A stretch of DNA of 64,000 nt from an uncultured Alphaproteobacteria bacterium (lineage in GTDB: Bacteria; Pseudomonadota; Alphaproteobacteria; UBA6615): assembly GCA_964276015.1 (NCBI GenBank), contig CAXYDO010000002.1, forward strand, positions 162,151 to 226,150, in the 5' to 3' direction. Every line of letters starts with the position of its first letter. Within the stretch, counting starts at the first letter, position 1. Made by a program: the position numbers and the translations under genes. The notes below the pieces were generated by a model. The model saw only the letters and a program-made list of their open reading frames with translations, did no database searches and was not told the origin of the DNA. Below, one piece after another: positions 1 to 9,190 of this stretch.

Positions 1-3000
1 GCGTTCCCCGGCGATGCCTCGGAAATAGCACTCACCAGTCACCGCGCCATACAGCACCGTGTTGCCGACAATCATGCTTTTATCCGGGTCGATGCCGCTC
101 TTCGGGTTCGGCCGCACGATCAGCTTGCCGCCCGAGAGCCCCTTGCCCACATAGTCATTGGCCTCGCCCACGAGATCGAGGGTCACGCCCCGTGCGACCC
201 AGGCGCCGAAGCTCTGCCCCGCCACCCCGTTCAAGGTGATCCAGATAGTGTCTTCTGCCAGCCCAATATGCCCGTATTTACGTGCGATTTCACCCGACAG
301 CATGGCGCCGGCGGTGCGATCGGTGTTGCGGATCGGAAGTTCAGCCTTCACCGGCGTTCCATCTTCGATGGCTGGCTTGGCCAGCTCGATCAGCTTGCGA
401 TCCAGGATGTCCTTGATCGGATGGTCCTGATCGGTGGTACGATGAATATTCACATGGTCGGCTTCTGCGGGCTTGAAGAACAGCTTGGTGAAGTCCAGCC
501 CCTGAGCCTTCCAGTGCTTAATCGCGGATTGTGTGTCGAGCATATCGGTCTGGCCGATCATTTCATTCACGGTCCGGAAGCCCATCTCGGCCATCAGGCC
601 ACGCACTTCCTCGGCGACGAAGAAGAAGAAATTGACTACGTGCTCTGGTGCGCCAGTGAATTTCTTGCGCAGCTGCGGATCCTGGGTCGCGATGCCAACC
701 GGGCAGGTGTTGAGATGACATTTGCGCATCATGATGCAACCGGTCGCTATCAGCGGGGCTGTGGCAAAGCCGAACTCATCGGCTCCCAGCAACGCGCCAA
801 TGACCACATCCCGGCCCGTCCGCAAACCACCATCGACCTGCACAGATATACGGCCGCGCAGATCGTTCATCACAAGCGTCTGCTGGGTCTCGGCGAGGCC
901 GATCTCCCAGGGCGAACCGGCATGTTTGATGGACGTCAGCGGCGAGGCACCCGTGCCACCCTCAAAACCGGAAATAGTCACGTGGTCCGCGCGGGCCTTG
1001 GAGACACCGGCCGCAACAGTCCCGACGCCAATCTCGGAGACCAGCTTCACGCTGATATCGGCCGCCGAATTGACGTTTTTGAGATCGAAGATCAGCTGAG
1101 CCAGATCCTCGATCGAGTAAATATCATGATGGGGTGGCGGTGAAATTAGTCCAACCCCGGGGGTCGAATGGCGCACTTTGGCGATCACCGCATCGACCTT
1201 GTGACCGGGTAGCTGGCCGCCCTCACCGGGCTTGGCGCCTTGGGCCATCTTGATCTGAATCATGTCTGAATTGACTAGATATTCCGCCGTCACACCAAAC
1301 CGCCCTGAGGCCACCTGCTTGATGGCCGAGCGCATGGAATCACCGTTCTTCATCGGCGTAAAGCGATCGATTTCCTCGCCGCCCTCACCGGTGTTCGACT
1401 TGCCGCCGATCCGGTTCATGGCAATCGCCAGGGTGGCGTGGGCTTCCCGGCTGATCGACCCGAAGGACATCGCTCCCGTCGCGAAACGTTTGACGATATC
1501 TTCGGCTGACTCCACCTCGTCAAGGGATACCGGAGCACGCCCTGCCTCCTCGGCATCCTTCAGGCGGAACAGACCGCGCAGGGTCATCAGGTCCTGGTCT
1601 TGCTTGTTGATCGCCGCCGCATAGGACCGGTACTTGTCCGGCAGCTCTCCGCGCACCGCGTGCTGCAGATCGGCGACCGTATCCGGGGACCAGTTGTGCT
1701 TCTCGCCACGAATACGGAAGGCGTATTCGCCCCCCACATCGAGCGCGCTTTCATAGATAGGGTTGAGCCCGAACGCATCCGCGTGACGCTGCATGGTTTC
1801 CCGGGCGACCTCGGCTAGCCCGACACCTTCGACAGCGGTATGGGTGCCGGTGAAATACTTCTCCACGAAGGACGTCTTCAGCCCGACCGCATCGAAAATC
1901 TGCGCCCCGCAATAGGACTGATAGGTTGAGATGCCCATCTTCGACATCACCTTCAGTAAGCCCTTATCGATGGCCTTGATGTAGCGGCGGATGACCTGCT
2001 CATCGCTGAGGTCCTCGTCCACCTTCTCGCGCAGATCAGCGAGCGTCTCGAAGGCCAGCCACGGGTTGATGGCTTCCGCGCCAAACCCGGCCAGGGTCGC
2101 AAAGTGGTGAATTTCGCGGGCCTCTCCGGTCTCAACGACCAGACCCACAGACGTGCGCAGGCCTTTGCGAATGAGGTGGTGATGCACAGAAGACGTCGCG
2201 AGCAGCGAGGGAATGCCGATACGTTCCGGCCCGACCAGACGGTCCGACAGGATGATGATGTTGTAGCCCTGATCCACGGCTTCTTCGGCGCGGGCGCAAA
2301 GATTGTCGATCGCCTGCTCCATATACTCCACGCCCCGGCTCACCCCGTAGGTGATGTCGAGGGTCTCGGTCTGGAACTGGTTGTCGGCGATATCCCCGAT
2401 GGCGCGGATTTTCTCCAGCCCCGCATTGGTGATGATCGGCTGACGCACTTCGAGGCGCTTCAGGCTGGAAGTCCCCTCCAGATCAAGCAGATTGGGACGC
2501 GGCCCAATAAACGAGACCAGGGACATGACGATCTCTTCGCGGATCGGATCGATCGGCGGGTTCGTCACCTGGGCAAACAGCTGCTTGAAGTATGACGCCA
2601 GCGGCTTTGACCGGGACGACAGGGCTGAGAGCGGCGTGTCGGTGCCCATGGCGCCAGTGGCTTCCTGGCCCGTATGCGCCATGGGGAGCATTAGGAATTT
2701 CAGATCTTCCTGAGAATAGCCAAACGCCTGCTGCCGTTCGAGCAGCGGCACCGGAGAGACCGCAGGGGCGCGCCCGACCTCGGGAAGGTCCTTCACCCGG
2801 ATCTGGGTACTGGCGAGCCACTCCTGATAGGGATGGCTACTGGCGAGCTCGGTCTTAAGCTCCTCATCAGAGATGGCCTTGCCCTTCTCCAGATCGATCA
2901 GCAGCATCTTGCCCGGCTGCAGACGCCACTTGCGGACGATATTCTCTTCGGGAATGTCGAGCACGCCCATTTCAGAGGCCAGCAAGACAAACCCGTCCTT

Positions 3001-4239
3001 GGTCTCCAGATAGCGGGCCGGGCGCAGACCGTTTCGATCCAGCGTCGCACCCACCACCTTGCCGTCCGTAAACGCGATGGCGGCCGGACCATCCCAAGGC
3101 TCCATCAGGGCGGCGTTGTACTCGTAGAAGGCGCGGAAGGTCTCATCCATCAGCGGATTGCCGGCCCAGGCTTCCGGGATCAGCATCATCATCGCATGGG
3201 GCAGCGTGTAACCGCCCTGGTAGAGCAGCTCAAGCGCGTTATCGAAACAGGCCGAATCCGACTGCCCTTCAAGGGAGATCGGCCACAGCTTCTGCATGTC
3301 GTCGCCAAACACCGGGGAGGACATGGTCGCCTGACGGGCCGCCATCCAGTTGTTGTTGCCGCGCAACGTGTTGATCTCGCCGTTATGACAAATCATCCGG
3401 TACGGATGGGCAAGCGGCCAGGACGGGAAGGTGTTGGTGGAAAAACGCTGATGCACCAGCGCCACGGCCGAGATGACCCGCTCGTCCTGCAAATCCTTGA
3501 AATAGGTGACCACGCCGTCGGCGAGCACCAGCCCCTTATAGACGATGGTCCGGGACGAGACCGACACCGGGTAATAGCCAATGGCGGCCTCCGGGTGCTC
3601 ACGACGCAGATAGTTGGACGCCACCTTGCGGGCCACGAACAGCTTGCGCTCGAACGCCTCATCATCGGCGATACCCGGGCCCCGGGCGATAAACGCCTGG
3701 CGATGGGACGGCTCGGTCGGCTTTACGCTTTCACCCAAGATCGAGGATTCCACCGGCACGTCGCGCCAGCCGAGAATGCTCAGACCTTCCTGCTTTGCAG
3801 CCATCTCGTAAGCCGCTTCAACAGTGGCGTGATGGGCGGCATCGCGCGGCAGCATCAGCTGGGCCACGCCGTAATGGTTCGGGGCGGGCAGATCGAAGCC
3901 AAGCTTCTCGACTTCGGCCGCAAAAAATTCATGGGGCAGCTGGATCAGAATCCCGGCGCCATCCCCGGCCTTCGGATCCGCGCCAACAGCGCCCCGATGC
4001 TCGAGATTGCAGAGAATCTTCAGCCCGTCTTCAACGATCTTGCGGCTGCGCTCATTGCGGATCGAGCAGATCATGCCTATGCCGCAGGCGTCATGCTCGT
4101 TGGCCGGGTCATAAAGCCCCTGGGCCGAACGCTGGCCGGCATAAAGGCCGTTACTTTCGCCATCATGGATAGCCGGTTTGGACACAGCTGATCCGGCTGC
4201 GGCACCTGAAAGCGGCAATATTGTTTTCTCGTTGGCCAT
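1..4239 (-). CDS. gltB: Glutamate synthase (NADPH) large subunit, partial. The C-terminus lies beyond the window start; the N-terminus is at 4239.
   Basis: Minus-strand translation from the ATG at 4237-4239 reads [10 protein letters not shown]...[17 protein letters not shown]...[22 protein letters not shown], the classic GltB N-terminal amidotransferase domain. Translation near position 1 shows the C-terminal GXXGG(K/Q)SFGA...[14 protein letters not shown] motif. The + strand ORFs 268..1143 and 2833..4191 are antisense shadows. Confidence 0.95.
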   Translation of the reverse strand, partial: MANEKTILPLSGAAAGSAVSKPAIHDGESNGLYAGQRSAQGLYDPANEHDACGIGMICSIRNERSRKIVEDGLKILCNLEHRGAVGADPKAGDGAGILIQLPHEFFAAEVEKLGFDLPAPNHYGVAQLMLPRDAAHHATVEAAYEMAAKQEGLSILGWRDVPVESSILGESVKPTEPSHRQAFIARGPGIADDEAFERKLFVARKVASNYLRREHPEAAIGYYPVSVSSRTIVYKGLVLADGVVTYFKDLQDERVISAVALVHQRFSTNTFPSWPLAHPYRMICHNGEINTLRGNNNWMAARQATMSSPVFGDDMQKLWPISLEGQSDSACFDNALELLYQGGYTLPHAMMMLIPEAWAGNPLMDETFRAFYEYNAALMEPWDGPAAIAFTDGKVVGATLDRNGLRPARYLETKDGFVLLASEMGVLDIPEENIVRKWRLQPGKMLLIDLEKGKAISDEELKTELASSHPYQEWLASTQIRVKDLPEVGRAPAVSPVPLLERQQAFGYSQEDLKFLMLPMAHTGQEATGAMGTDTPLSALSSRSKPLASYFKQLFAQVTNPPIDPIREEIVMSLVSFIGPRPNLLDLEGTSSLKRLEVRQPIITNAGLEKIRAIGDIADNQFQTETLDITYGVSRGVEYMEQAIDNLCARAEEAVDQGYNIIILSDRLVGPERIGIPSLLATSSVHHHLIRKGLRTSVGLVVETGEAREIHHFATLAGFGAEAINPWLAFETLADLREKVDEDLSDEQVIRRYIKAIDKGLLKVMSKMGISTYQSYCGAQIFDAVGLKTSFVEKYFTGTHTAVEGVGLAEVARETMQRHADAFGLNPIYESALDVGGEYAFRIRGEKHNWSPDTVADLQHAVRGELPDKYRSYAAAINKQDQDLMTLRGLFRLKDAEEAGRAPVSLDEVESAEDIVKRFATGAMSFGSISREAHATLAIAMNRIGGKSNTGEGGEEIDRFTPMKNGDSMRSAIKQVASGRFGVTAEYLVNSDMIQIKMAQGAKPGEGGQLPGHKVDAVIAKVRHSTPGVGLISPPPHHDIYSIEDLAQLIFDLKNVNSAADISVKLVSEIGVGTVAAGVSKARADHVTISGFEGGTGASPLTSIKHAGSPWEIGLAETQQTLVMNDLRGRISVQVDGGLRTGRDVVIGALLGADEFGFATAPLIATGCIMMRKCHLNTCPVGIATQDPQLRKKFTGAPEHVVNFFFFVAEEVRGLMAEMGFRTVNEMIGQTDMLDTQSAIKHWKAQGLDFTKLFFKPAEADHVNIHRTTDQDHPIKDILDRKLIELAKPAIEDGTPVKAELPIRNTDRTAGAMLSGEIARKYGHIGLAEDTIWITLNGVAGQSFGAWVARGVTLDLVGEANDYVGKGLSGGKLIVRPNPKSGIDPDKSMIVGNTVLYGAVTGECYFRGIAGER

Positions 4240-4309
4240 GATCAGCTTCACTTCCCGAATATCTCAAGTGCCACCAACGACACGCGCGGTGCAGCACTTT
4301 TTTCACAAA

Positions 4310-4531
4310 CTAACTGACGTCCCAGTCGTACTTACGTCCCTGTTCGTCCAAGATTCCACACTGAGCGCGGGTTTTCCCGGTGTTAGGGTCAAGACGCCAA
4401 AATTCCGCGCGGCCATCGACCGGCGAATGCCTGTAACCCGCAATGTGGTTTTCGAACGGACGGATATTACCGAAACCAGTCCACATTCCCAGCCGTGGAG
4501 AGTAAATAAATCTCTTGTTTTTCGAATTCAA
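4310..4531 (-). CDS. Small hypothetical ORF (73 aa) in the gltB upstream region; doubtful.
   Basis: ORF-track entry only. No recognisable motif. It sits in the 400-bp leader/promoter region upstream of gltB on the same strand. Confidence 0.15.
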   Translation of the reverse strand: MNSKNKRFIYSPRLGMWTGFGNIRPFENHIAGYRHSPVDGRAEFWRLDPNTGKTRAQCGILDEQGRKYDWDVS

Positions 4532-4641
4532 GTCCTCCAGGGAAAACGGTCGGTGTTTGGGGTGTTTTTGGGTGTTAACGCTTGGTTCAAAGGACCTGAG
4601 ACAACAACAATCTGGCTGCTTACTTCATATACAATCTTCAA

Positions 4642-5307
4642 TCACCCCCGCTTCCACGCGCGTAATTCCACCGCCGTCACGCCGGTCTTGAGCTTTTCCA
4701 TCATCTCGGCCTCCGCCGCCTCGCGCTTGATCGAGGCTTCGATAGTTGCGGTCACCATGGCTTTGGGGATCACCACCACGCCGTCGCCGTCGCCCAGAAC
4801 CAGGTCGCCCGGGGCTATGATCACGTCACCGAAGGCCAGGGTCCCGTTGATTTTGAAGTCGCCATTCAAGTCTTTCAGGGTGCCGCGCATGCACAGGCCT
4901 CTGGCGAAGACCGGCCAGCCTTTTTGGGCCAGCGCCGCGCCGTCGCGCACGCAGCCGTCGATGACCAGGCCGCCGAGCTGGCGGGCCTTGGCCGACGTGG
5001 CCATCACCTCGCCGAAATAGCCACCTTCATAGCAGCCGCTCACATCCGCCACAATCACGTCACCGGGCTGGGCCTCGTCGATGGCGAAATGGATCGCCAG
5101 ATTATCCAGCGGCGGGCCCTTCACCGGGAAGGCAGGCCCGCAGATGGTCATGCCCGGGGCGATTGCCTTGATCGCGGACGGCAGCGAGCCGATGCGCCCG
5201 GCGGCCTCGTGCAAGGTGGAAGAATCGATCTGAGCGGCGGCGGCCAGCAATTCAGGTGTCAGTGCGTCGGCTGAATTATGCGCTTCGATATTTTGCTGTG
5301 CGGCCAT
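4642..5307 (-). CDS. RraA family protein, HMG/CHA aldolase-like (4-hydroxy-4-methyl-2-oxoglutarate aldolase/RraA fold).
   Basis: The 222-aa product from the internal ATG (MAAQQNIEAHN...) has the typical RraA/DlpA profile (GDVIVADVSG...GGEVMATSAKARQLGGLVIDGCVRD). The track ORF extends to 5373, but the ATG at 5307 gives a family-typical length. Confidence 0.8.
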   Translation of the reverse strand: MAAQQNIEAHNSADALTPELLAAAAQIDSSTLHEAAGRIGSLPSAIKAIAPGMTICGPAFPVKGPPLDNLAIHFAIDEAQPGDVIVADVSGCYEGGYFGEVMATSAKARQLGGLVIDGCVRDGAALAQKGWPVFARGLCMRGTLKDLNGDFKINGTLAFGDVIIAPGDLVLGDGDGVVVIPKAMVTATIEASIKREAAEAEMMEKLKTGVTAVELRAWKRG

Positions 5308-5426
5308 TTCGGCGCGTCCCCTTAAAATGATAACGTTGGGGCCGAGTTTAGACGCCGCACGCGTGTTCGTCATTGGGGGGAAGTGGATGTTGGGGTTTAC
5401 CGAAATTCGTCATACCCGAGAAAACC

Positions 5427-5575
5427 AACCCTCTCCGCCCTTTAGGGGGGAGAGGGTGGTGAGCGGAGCGAACCGGGTGAGGTGGGCGTCGATGGCCCGC
5501 ACGATCCATCCCGGAAGCGTCCTGCCCTCCCCCACCTCACCCCGGCCCTCTCCTCCTGGGAGGAGAGGGTGTTGG
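5427..5575. repeat. Structured intergenic repeat, copy A (~150 bp). It has nested hairpins CCCTCTCC...GGAGAGGG and a long-range GGGTGAGGTGGG / CCCACCTCACCC pairing.
   Basis: Read directly. Nearly the same element, reverse-complemented, is at 6833..6978. Copy A lies in the divergent intergenic region and ends 15 nt before the ATG at 5590. Confidence 0.75.
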
Positions 5576-5589
5576 ATCGGAGCCGTATC

Positions 5590-6819
5590 ATGACCGGTGT
5601 ACTTTCCGGCCTGCGGGTCGTTGAGGGGTCGGCTTTTGTCGCGGCGCCCACTTGCGGGATGACACTCGCCCAGCTCGGCGCCGAAGTGATCCGCTTCGAC
5701 ATGATCGGCGGCGGCATCGATTACAAGCGCTGGCCGGTGACCGCCGAAGGCAACTCGATCTACTGGGCCGGGCTGAACAAGGGTAAGCGCTCCATTGCGG
5801 TGGATTTCCGCAAACCTGAGGGACAGGAAATCCTCTCTAGCCTGATCACCCAGCCCGGCGAAGATCGGGGCATACTTCTGACGAATTTCCCTATGAAAGG
5901 CTGGCTCTCCTATGAGGCGCTGCAGGCCAAACGCGCGGATTTGATCGCGCTGAATATTCTGGGTAACCCGGATGGCTCCGTCGCGGTGGATTACACGGTC
6001 AACGCGGCGGTGGGCTTTCCCTATGTGACCGGGCCCGATGCGGAGACCCACCCGGTGAACCATGTCTTCCCGGGCTGGGACGTTTCCACTGGCTATGCGG
6101 CGGCCACAGGGCTGCTGGGGGCCGAGCGCCACCGGCGGCTAACGGGGGAAGGCCAGTATGTCTCGCTGTCTCTGGCGGACATGGCTTTCGCGACCGTGGG
6201 CAATCTTGGTTATATCGGCGAGATCCAAATCAACGGCACCGAGCGGCCCCATATCGATAATGATGTCTATGGCAGCTACGGGCGGGATTTTGCTACCAAA
6301 GACGGTCGCCAGGTGATGATCATCGCCGTGTCGGTCCCCCAGTGGAAGAAGCTGGTCGAAGCAACAGGCACCCAGGCCGAGATGGCCGCCCTGGAGGCCG
6401 AAACAGGGCTCGATTTCACCCGTGAGGAAGACCGCTACGCTGCGCGAGACGCCATCGCCGGGCCACTGGGCGGCTGGTGCGCGGCGCACACGCTGGAGGA
6501 AATCCGCACGGTGTTCGACGCCCATAATGTGTGTTGGGGACCCTACCAGACCTTCGGCCAGATGGTCGCCGAAGATCCCCGCGCCTCCAAGGCGAACCCG
6601 TTGTTTGCAGAGATCGACCAACCCGGGATCGGCACCTATCTGGCGCCGGGCTCCCCTCACAAGTTCGGTGCCTTCGAACGTGAACACCTCCGCGCGCCGG
6701 TGCTCGGCGAACACACGAATGAAATCCTGTCCGGAGAGCTGGGCCTGAGCGACGGCGAGATCGGCAAGCTCCACGATGCCGGCGTGATCGCGGGGATGGA
6801 TGCGGGGATGGGTACATGA
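5590..6819 (+). CDS. CoA-transferase family III (CaiB/BaiF-type) protein.
   Basis: The 409-aa product from the ATG at 5590 (MTGVLSGLRVVEGSAFVAAPTCGMTLAQLGAEVIRFD...) has the canonical family III N-terminus and length. The upstream in-frame extension in the track passes through the repeat element and is not coding. Confidence 0.9.
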   Translation: MTGVLSGLRVVEGSAFVAAPTCGMTLAQLGAEVIRFDMIGGGIDYKRWPVTAEGNSIYWAGLNKGKRSIAVDFRKPEGQEILSSLITQPGEDRGILLTNFPMKGWLSYEALQAKRADLIALNILGNPDGSVAVDYTVNAAVGFPYVTGPDAETHPVNHVFPGWDVSTGYAAATGLLGAERHRRLTGEGQYVSLSLADMAFATVGNLGYIGEIQINGTERPHIDNDVYGSYGRDFATKDGRQVMIIAVSVPQWKKLVEATGTQAEMAALEAETGLDFTREEDRYAARDAIAGPLGGWCAAHTLEEIRTVFDAHNVCWGPYQTFGQMVAEDPRASKANPLFAEIDQPGIGTYLAPGSPHKFGAFEREHLRAPVLGEHTNEILSGELGLSDGEIGKLHDAGVIAGMDAGMGT

Positions 6820-6832
6820 ACCTCGCTGTAAC

Positions 6833-6978
6833 CTCCCTCTCCTCCGGCGAGGAAAGGGTCGGGGTGAGGTGGGGGTGCGCACAGCCCATCCCGCTTAAGA
6901 CCGCACACGAATCCAGCACCCACCTCACCCGGTTCGTTGCGCTCAACATCTTCTCCCCCCTAAAGGGCGGAGAGGGTA
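6833..6978. repeat. Structured intergenic repeat, copy B. It is the reverse complement of copy A, with the same terminal hairpins and GGGTGAGGTGGG/CCCACCTCACCC arms.
   Basis: Reverse complement of 6833..6978 aligns to 5427..5575 across both terminal hairpins and the GGGTGAGGTGG / CCACCTCACCC arms (by eye ~70-75% over ~150 bp, most of the divergence in the central ~40 bp). It ends 13 nt before the ATG at 6991. Confidence 0.75.
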
Positions 6979-6990
6979 AAAGGTAAAACC

Positions 6991-8640
6991 ATGACACATG
7001 AAGCAATAGATTTTTGCCGAGAGGCCCTGCCCGATGCGCTGGCGTTTCGGGACGTGGCCGGGCGCACTGCAGCGGGACTCGCTGCCCCGGGCGGGCCGGT
7101 CGAACCGGTGTTGCTCGACACTCACCAGTTCGCCCTGCACGGCTATGCCTGGATGGCGACCTATGTGAACGCTCTCGAACAGCTGCTCGGCTGGGCCGAA
7201 CGGCTGGAAAGCGATGGGCGCTTCTCCGACCTGGAAAGCATGATCCTCACCTGTGGCTTCGGAGCGTATTTGAAGCAGCTCAAATACGGCATCGCCATGA
7301 GCCAGGACGAGATCGCCCGCCCGGGTGACCTGGGGCTCGACGAGAGTGACTTCTTTGGCGGTGCGGCGGCTCGCAAGCTGATGAAAGAGGGCGACAGTAT
7401 CGCCGTGCGTCAGGCCATCGCCGAAACCCTGCGGGATCGCAGCGGGGAATTCGGCGATCGCGGGCTTGATGAGACCCACGGCATGATCGCCGACCAGTTC
7501 CGGCGCTTCTCCGATGAAAAAGTCTCCCCTCATGCTCATGGCTGGCATGTGCGCGACGAACTCATTCCGCTCGAGATCATCCACGAGATGGCGGAGCTGG
7601 GCGTGTTCGGCCTCACCATCCCCGAGGAAGACGGCGGGTTGGGGCTCGGCAAGATCGCGATGTGCGTGGTCACCGAGGAGCTTTCCCGAGGCTATATCGG
7701 CGTGGGCTCGCTCGGCACCCGCTCCGAGATCGCCGCCGAGCTGATCCGGGTCAACGGCACACCGGCGCAGAAAGAAAAATACCTCGGCCCCATCGGCGCT
7801 GGCGAAATCCTGCCGACCGCGGTCTTTACCGAGCCCAATCACGGCTCGGATCTGGCCCATATCCGCGCCCGTGCCACACGGGATGGGGATGTATATCGGG
7901 TGAAGGGCAACAAGATCTGGATCACCCATGCCGCGCGCACCGACATGATGACCCTGATGGCGCGTACCGACCCGGATGAGGATGGCTATAGAGGCCTGTC
8001 CATGTTCCTGGCCGAAAAGCCCCGGGGCACAGAAGCGGACCCCTTCCCGGCTGCCGGCATGGAAGGTTCGGAAATCCGGGTTCTCGGCTATCGTGGCATG
8101 AAGGAATACGAGCTCGGCTTTGATGGCTTCGAGGTCGCCGCAGACAATCTGCTCGGCGAGCAGGAAGGCCAGGGCTTCAAACAGCTGATGGCAACTTTTG
8201 AGACCGCGCGGATCCAGACCGCCGCGCGGGCGGTTGGCGTTTCGCAAAACGCTCTCGAAGTGGCCTTCGGTTATGCCAATGACCGGGAGCAGTTCCGTCG
8301 GCCGATCGCAGACTTTGCCCGGGTTGGGGGCAAACTTGGCTGGATGGCGACGGAGACGATGATCGCTCGACAGCTGGCGTATTTCGCGGCCCGCCAGAAG
8401 GATTCAGACCAGCGATGTGACATCGAAGCGGGCATGGCCAAGCTACTCGGCGCCCGGGTCGCGTGGTCAAACGCAGATAACGGATTGCAGATCCACGGCG
8501 GCAATGGCTACGCCGAAGAGTATGATATCAGCCGAATTTTGTGTGATGCGCGCATTTTAAACATTTTCGAAGGCGCAGCAGAGATCCAGGCTGGTATCAT
8601 TGCCCGGGGCCTTCTGGGCCGACCCAATCGCGCATCGTGA
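6991..8640 (+). CDS. mcd: Acyl-CoA dehydrogenase with a ~170-aa N-terminal extension. Resembles (2S)-methylsuccinyl-CoA dehydrogenase of the ethylmalonyl-CoA pathway.
   Basis: 549 aa. The C-terminal ~380 aa is a standard ACAD fold (…TEPNHGSD…GNKIWITHA…IFEGAAEIQ). The extra N-terminal domain and overall length match Mcd-type enzymes rather than ordinary ACADs. The symbol is given with moderate confidence. Confidence 0.75.
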   Translation: MTHEAIDFCREALPDALAFRDVAGRTAAGLAAPGGPVEPVLLDTHQFALHGYAWMATYVNALEQLLGWAERLESDGRFSDLESMILTCGFGAYLKQLKYGIAMSQDEIARPGDLGLDESDFFGGAAARKLMKEGDSIAVRQAIAETLRDRSGEFGDRGLDETHGMIADQFRRFSDEKVSPHAHGWHVRDELIPLEIIHEMAELGVFGLTIPEEDGGLGLGKIAMCVVTEELSRGYIGVGSLGTRSEIAAELIRVNGTPAQKEKYLGPIGAGEILPTAVFTEPNHGSDLAHIRARATRDGDVYRVKGNKIWITHAARTDMMTLMARTDPDEDGYRGLSMFLAEKPRGTEADPFPAAGMEGSEIRVLGYRGMKEYELGFDGFEVAADNLLGEQEGQGFKQLMATFETARIQTAARAVGVSQNALEVAFGYANDREQFRRPIADFARVGGKLGWMATETMIARQLAYFAARQKDSDQRCDIEAGMAKLLGARVAWSNADNGLQIHGGNGYAEEYDISRILCDARILNIFEGAAEIQAGIIARGLLGRPNRAS

Positions 8641-8658
8641 ATCGGGATTCTTTTTTTT
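8631..8658 (+). terminator. Probable intrinsic terminator after the mcd-like gene: a short GAATC/GATTC hairpin followed by a T8 run.
   Basis: gtgaatcgggattcTTTTTTTT lies directly after the TGA at 8638-8640. A T8 run is rare in a 65% GC genome. Confidence 0.4.
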
Positions 8659-8828
8659 AAATCAAACAACTATTCAAATACGTGAATAATAAATACTACT
8701 TTTTAGAGGATTTCTTTGTGATTATTCGCGCGAACACCTGACTACATTACTACCTTCAAGGACGCACTTACCACTTTAATGTCAAGGGCTTCTGTCTTGT
8801 CACTGAATTAGTTAGACGCCATGCTGAT

Positions 8829-8850
8829 CGCGTTAACTGCGGTTAACGCG
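8829..8850. promoter_or_regulatory. Perfect 9-bp inverted repeat CGCGTTAAC-tgcg-GTTAACGCG inside a 550-bp AT-rich non-coding island (8641..9190).
   Basis: Read directly. The island has no ORF of 60 aa or more in any frame and is much lower in GC than the flanking genes. Confidence 0.4.
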
Positions 8851-9190
8851 ATCTTACCAAAGACGCATCACGAGGATCGGCAAACGTATGAACAACCGCA
8901 TCTTCGTCAGCCTGGCTCGCCAGCCGGCTAAGAACATGGCGGTTCGTTACCCGGTCATCTATGACAAGTACTGAGGAAGTAGCGATATTTTACAATGTTT
9001 TAATTGAAGGCACCAACACGATTATTGAGGCGCGATATTCCCGCAAAAAGAGTGTTCGACAAATCTCTCAAAAACCCTGAATTGCCATTCTCGCAACCGT
9101 TTAGCGCCATTTAAGCCCATCCACGCGCGGTTCGTGTTAACAATTCGCTAACCAATTGAATTAGCCAAACAAACCCTGTGAACCGCCCAT

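Noticed and set aside
268-4191. Long + strand ORFs (268..1143, 2833..4191 and others) across the first 4 kb.
   Set aside because: They are antisense shadow ORFs of gltB in a high-GC genome. The minus-strand frame gives an unambiguous glutamate synthase sequence.
5410-8247. Minus-strand ORFs 5410..6132, 6139..6882, 6416..7006 and 6943..8247 (240-434 aa).
   Set aside because: They are antisense to the CoA-transferase and mcd-like genes. They have no recognisable domains and composition typical of GC-rich antisense frames (Arg/Gly/Pro-rich).
8641-9190. tRNA, sRNA or IS remnant in the AT-rich island.
   Set aside because: No cloverleaf-compatible acceptor/anticodon pairing, no terminal inverted repeats or transposase fragment, and no Rfam-like motif that I could recognise. 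It is kept as a regulatory or unknown island only.
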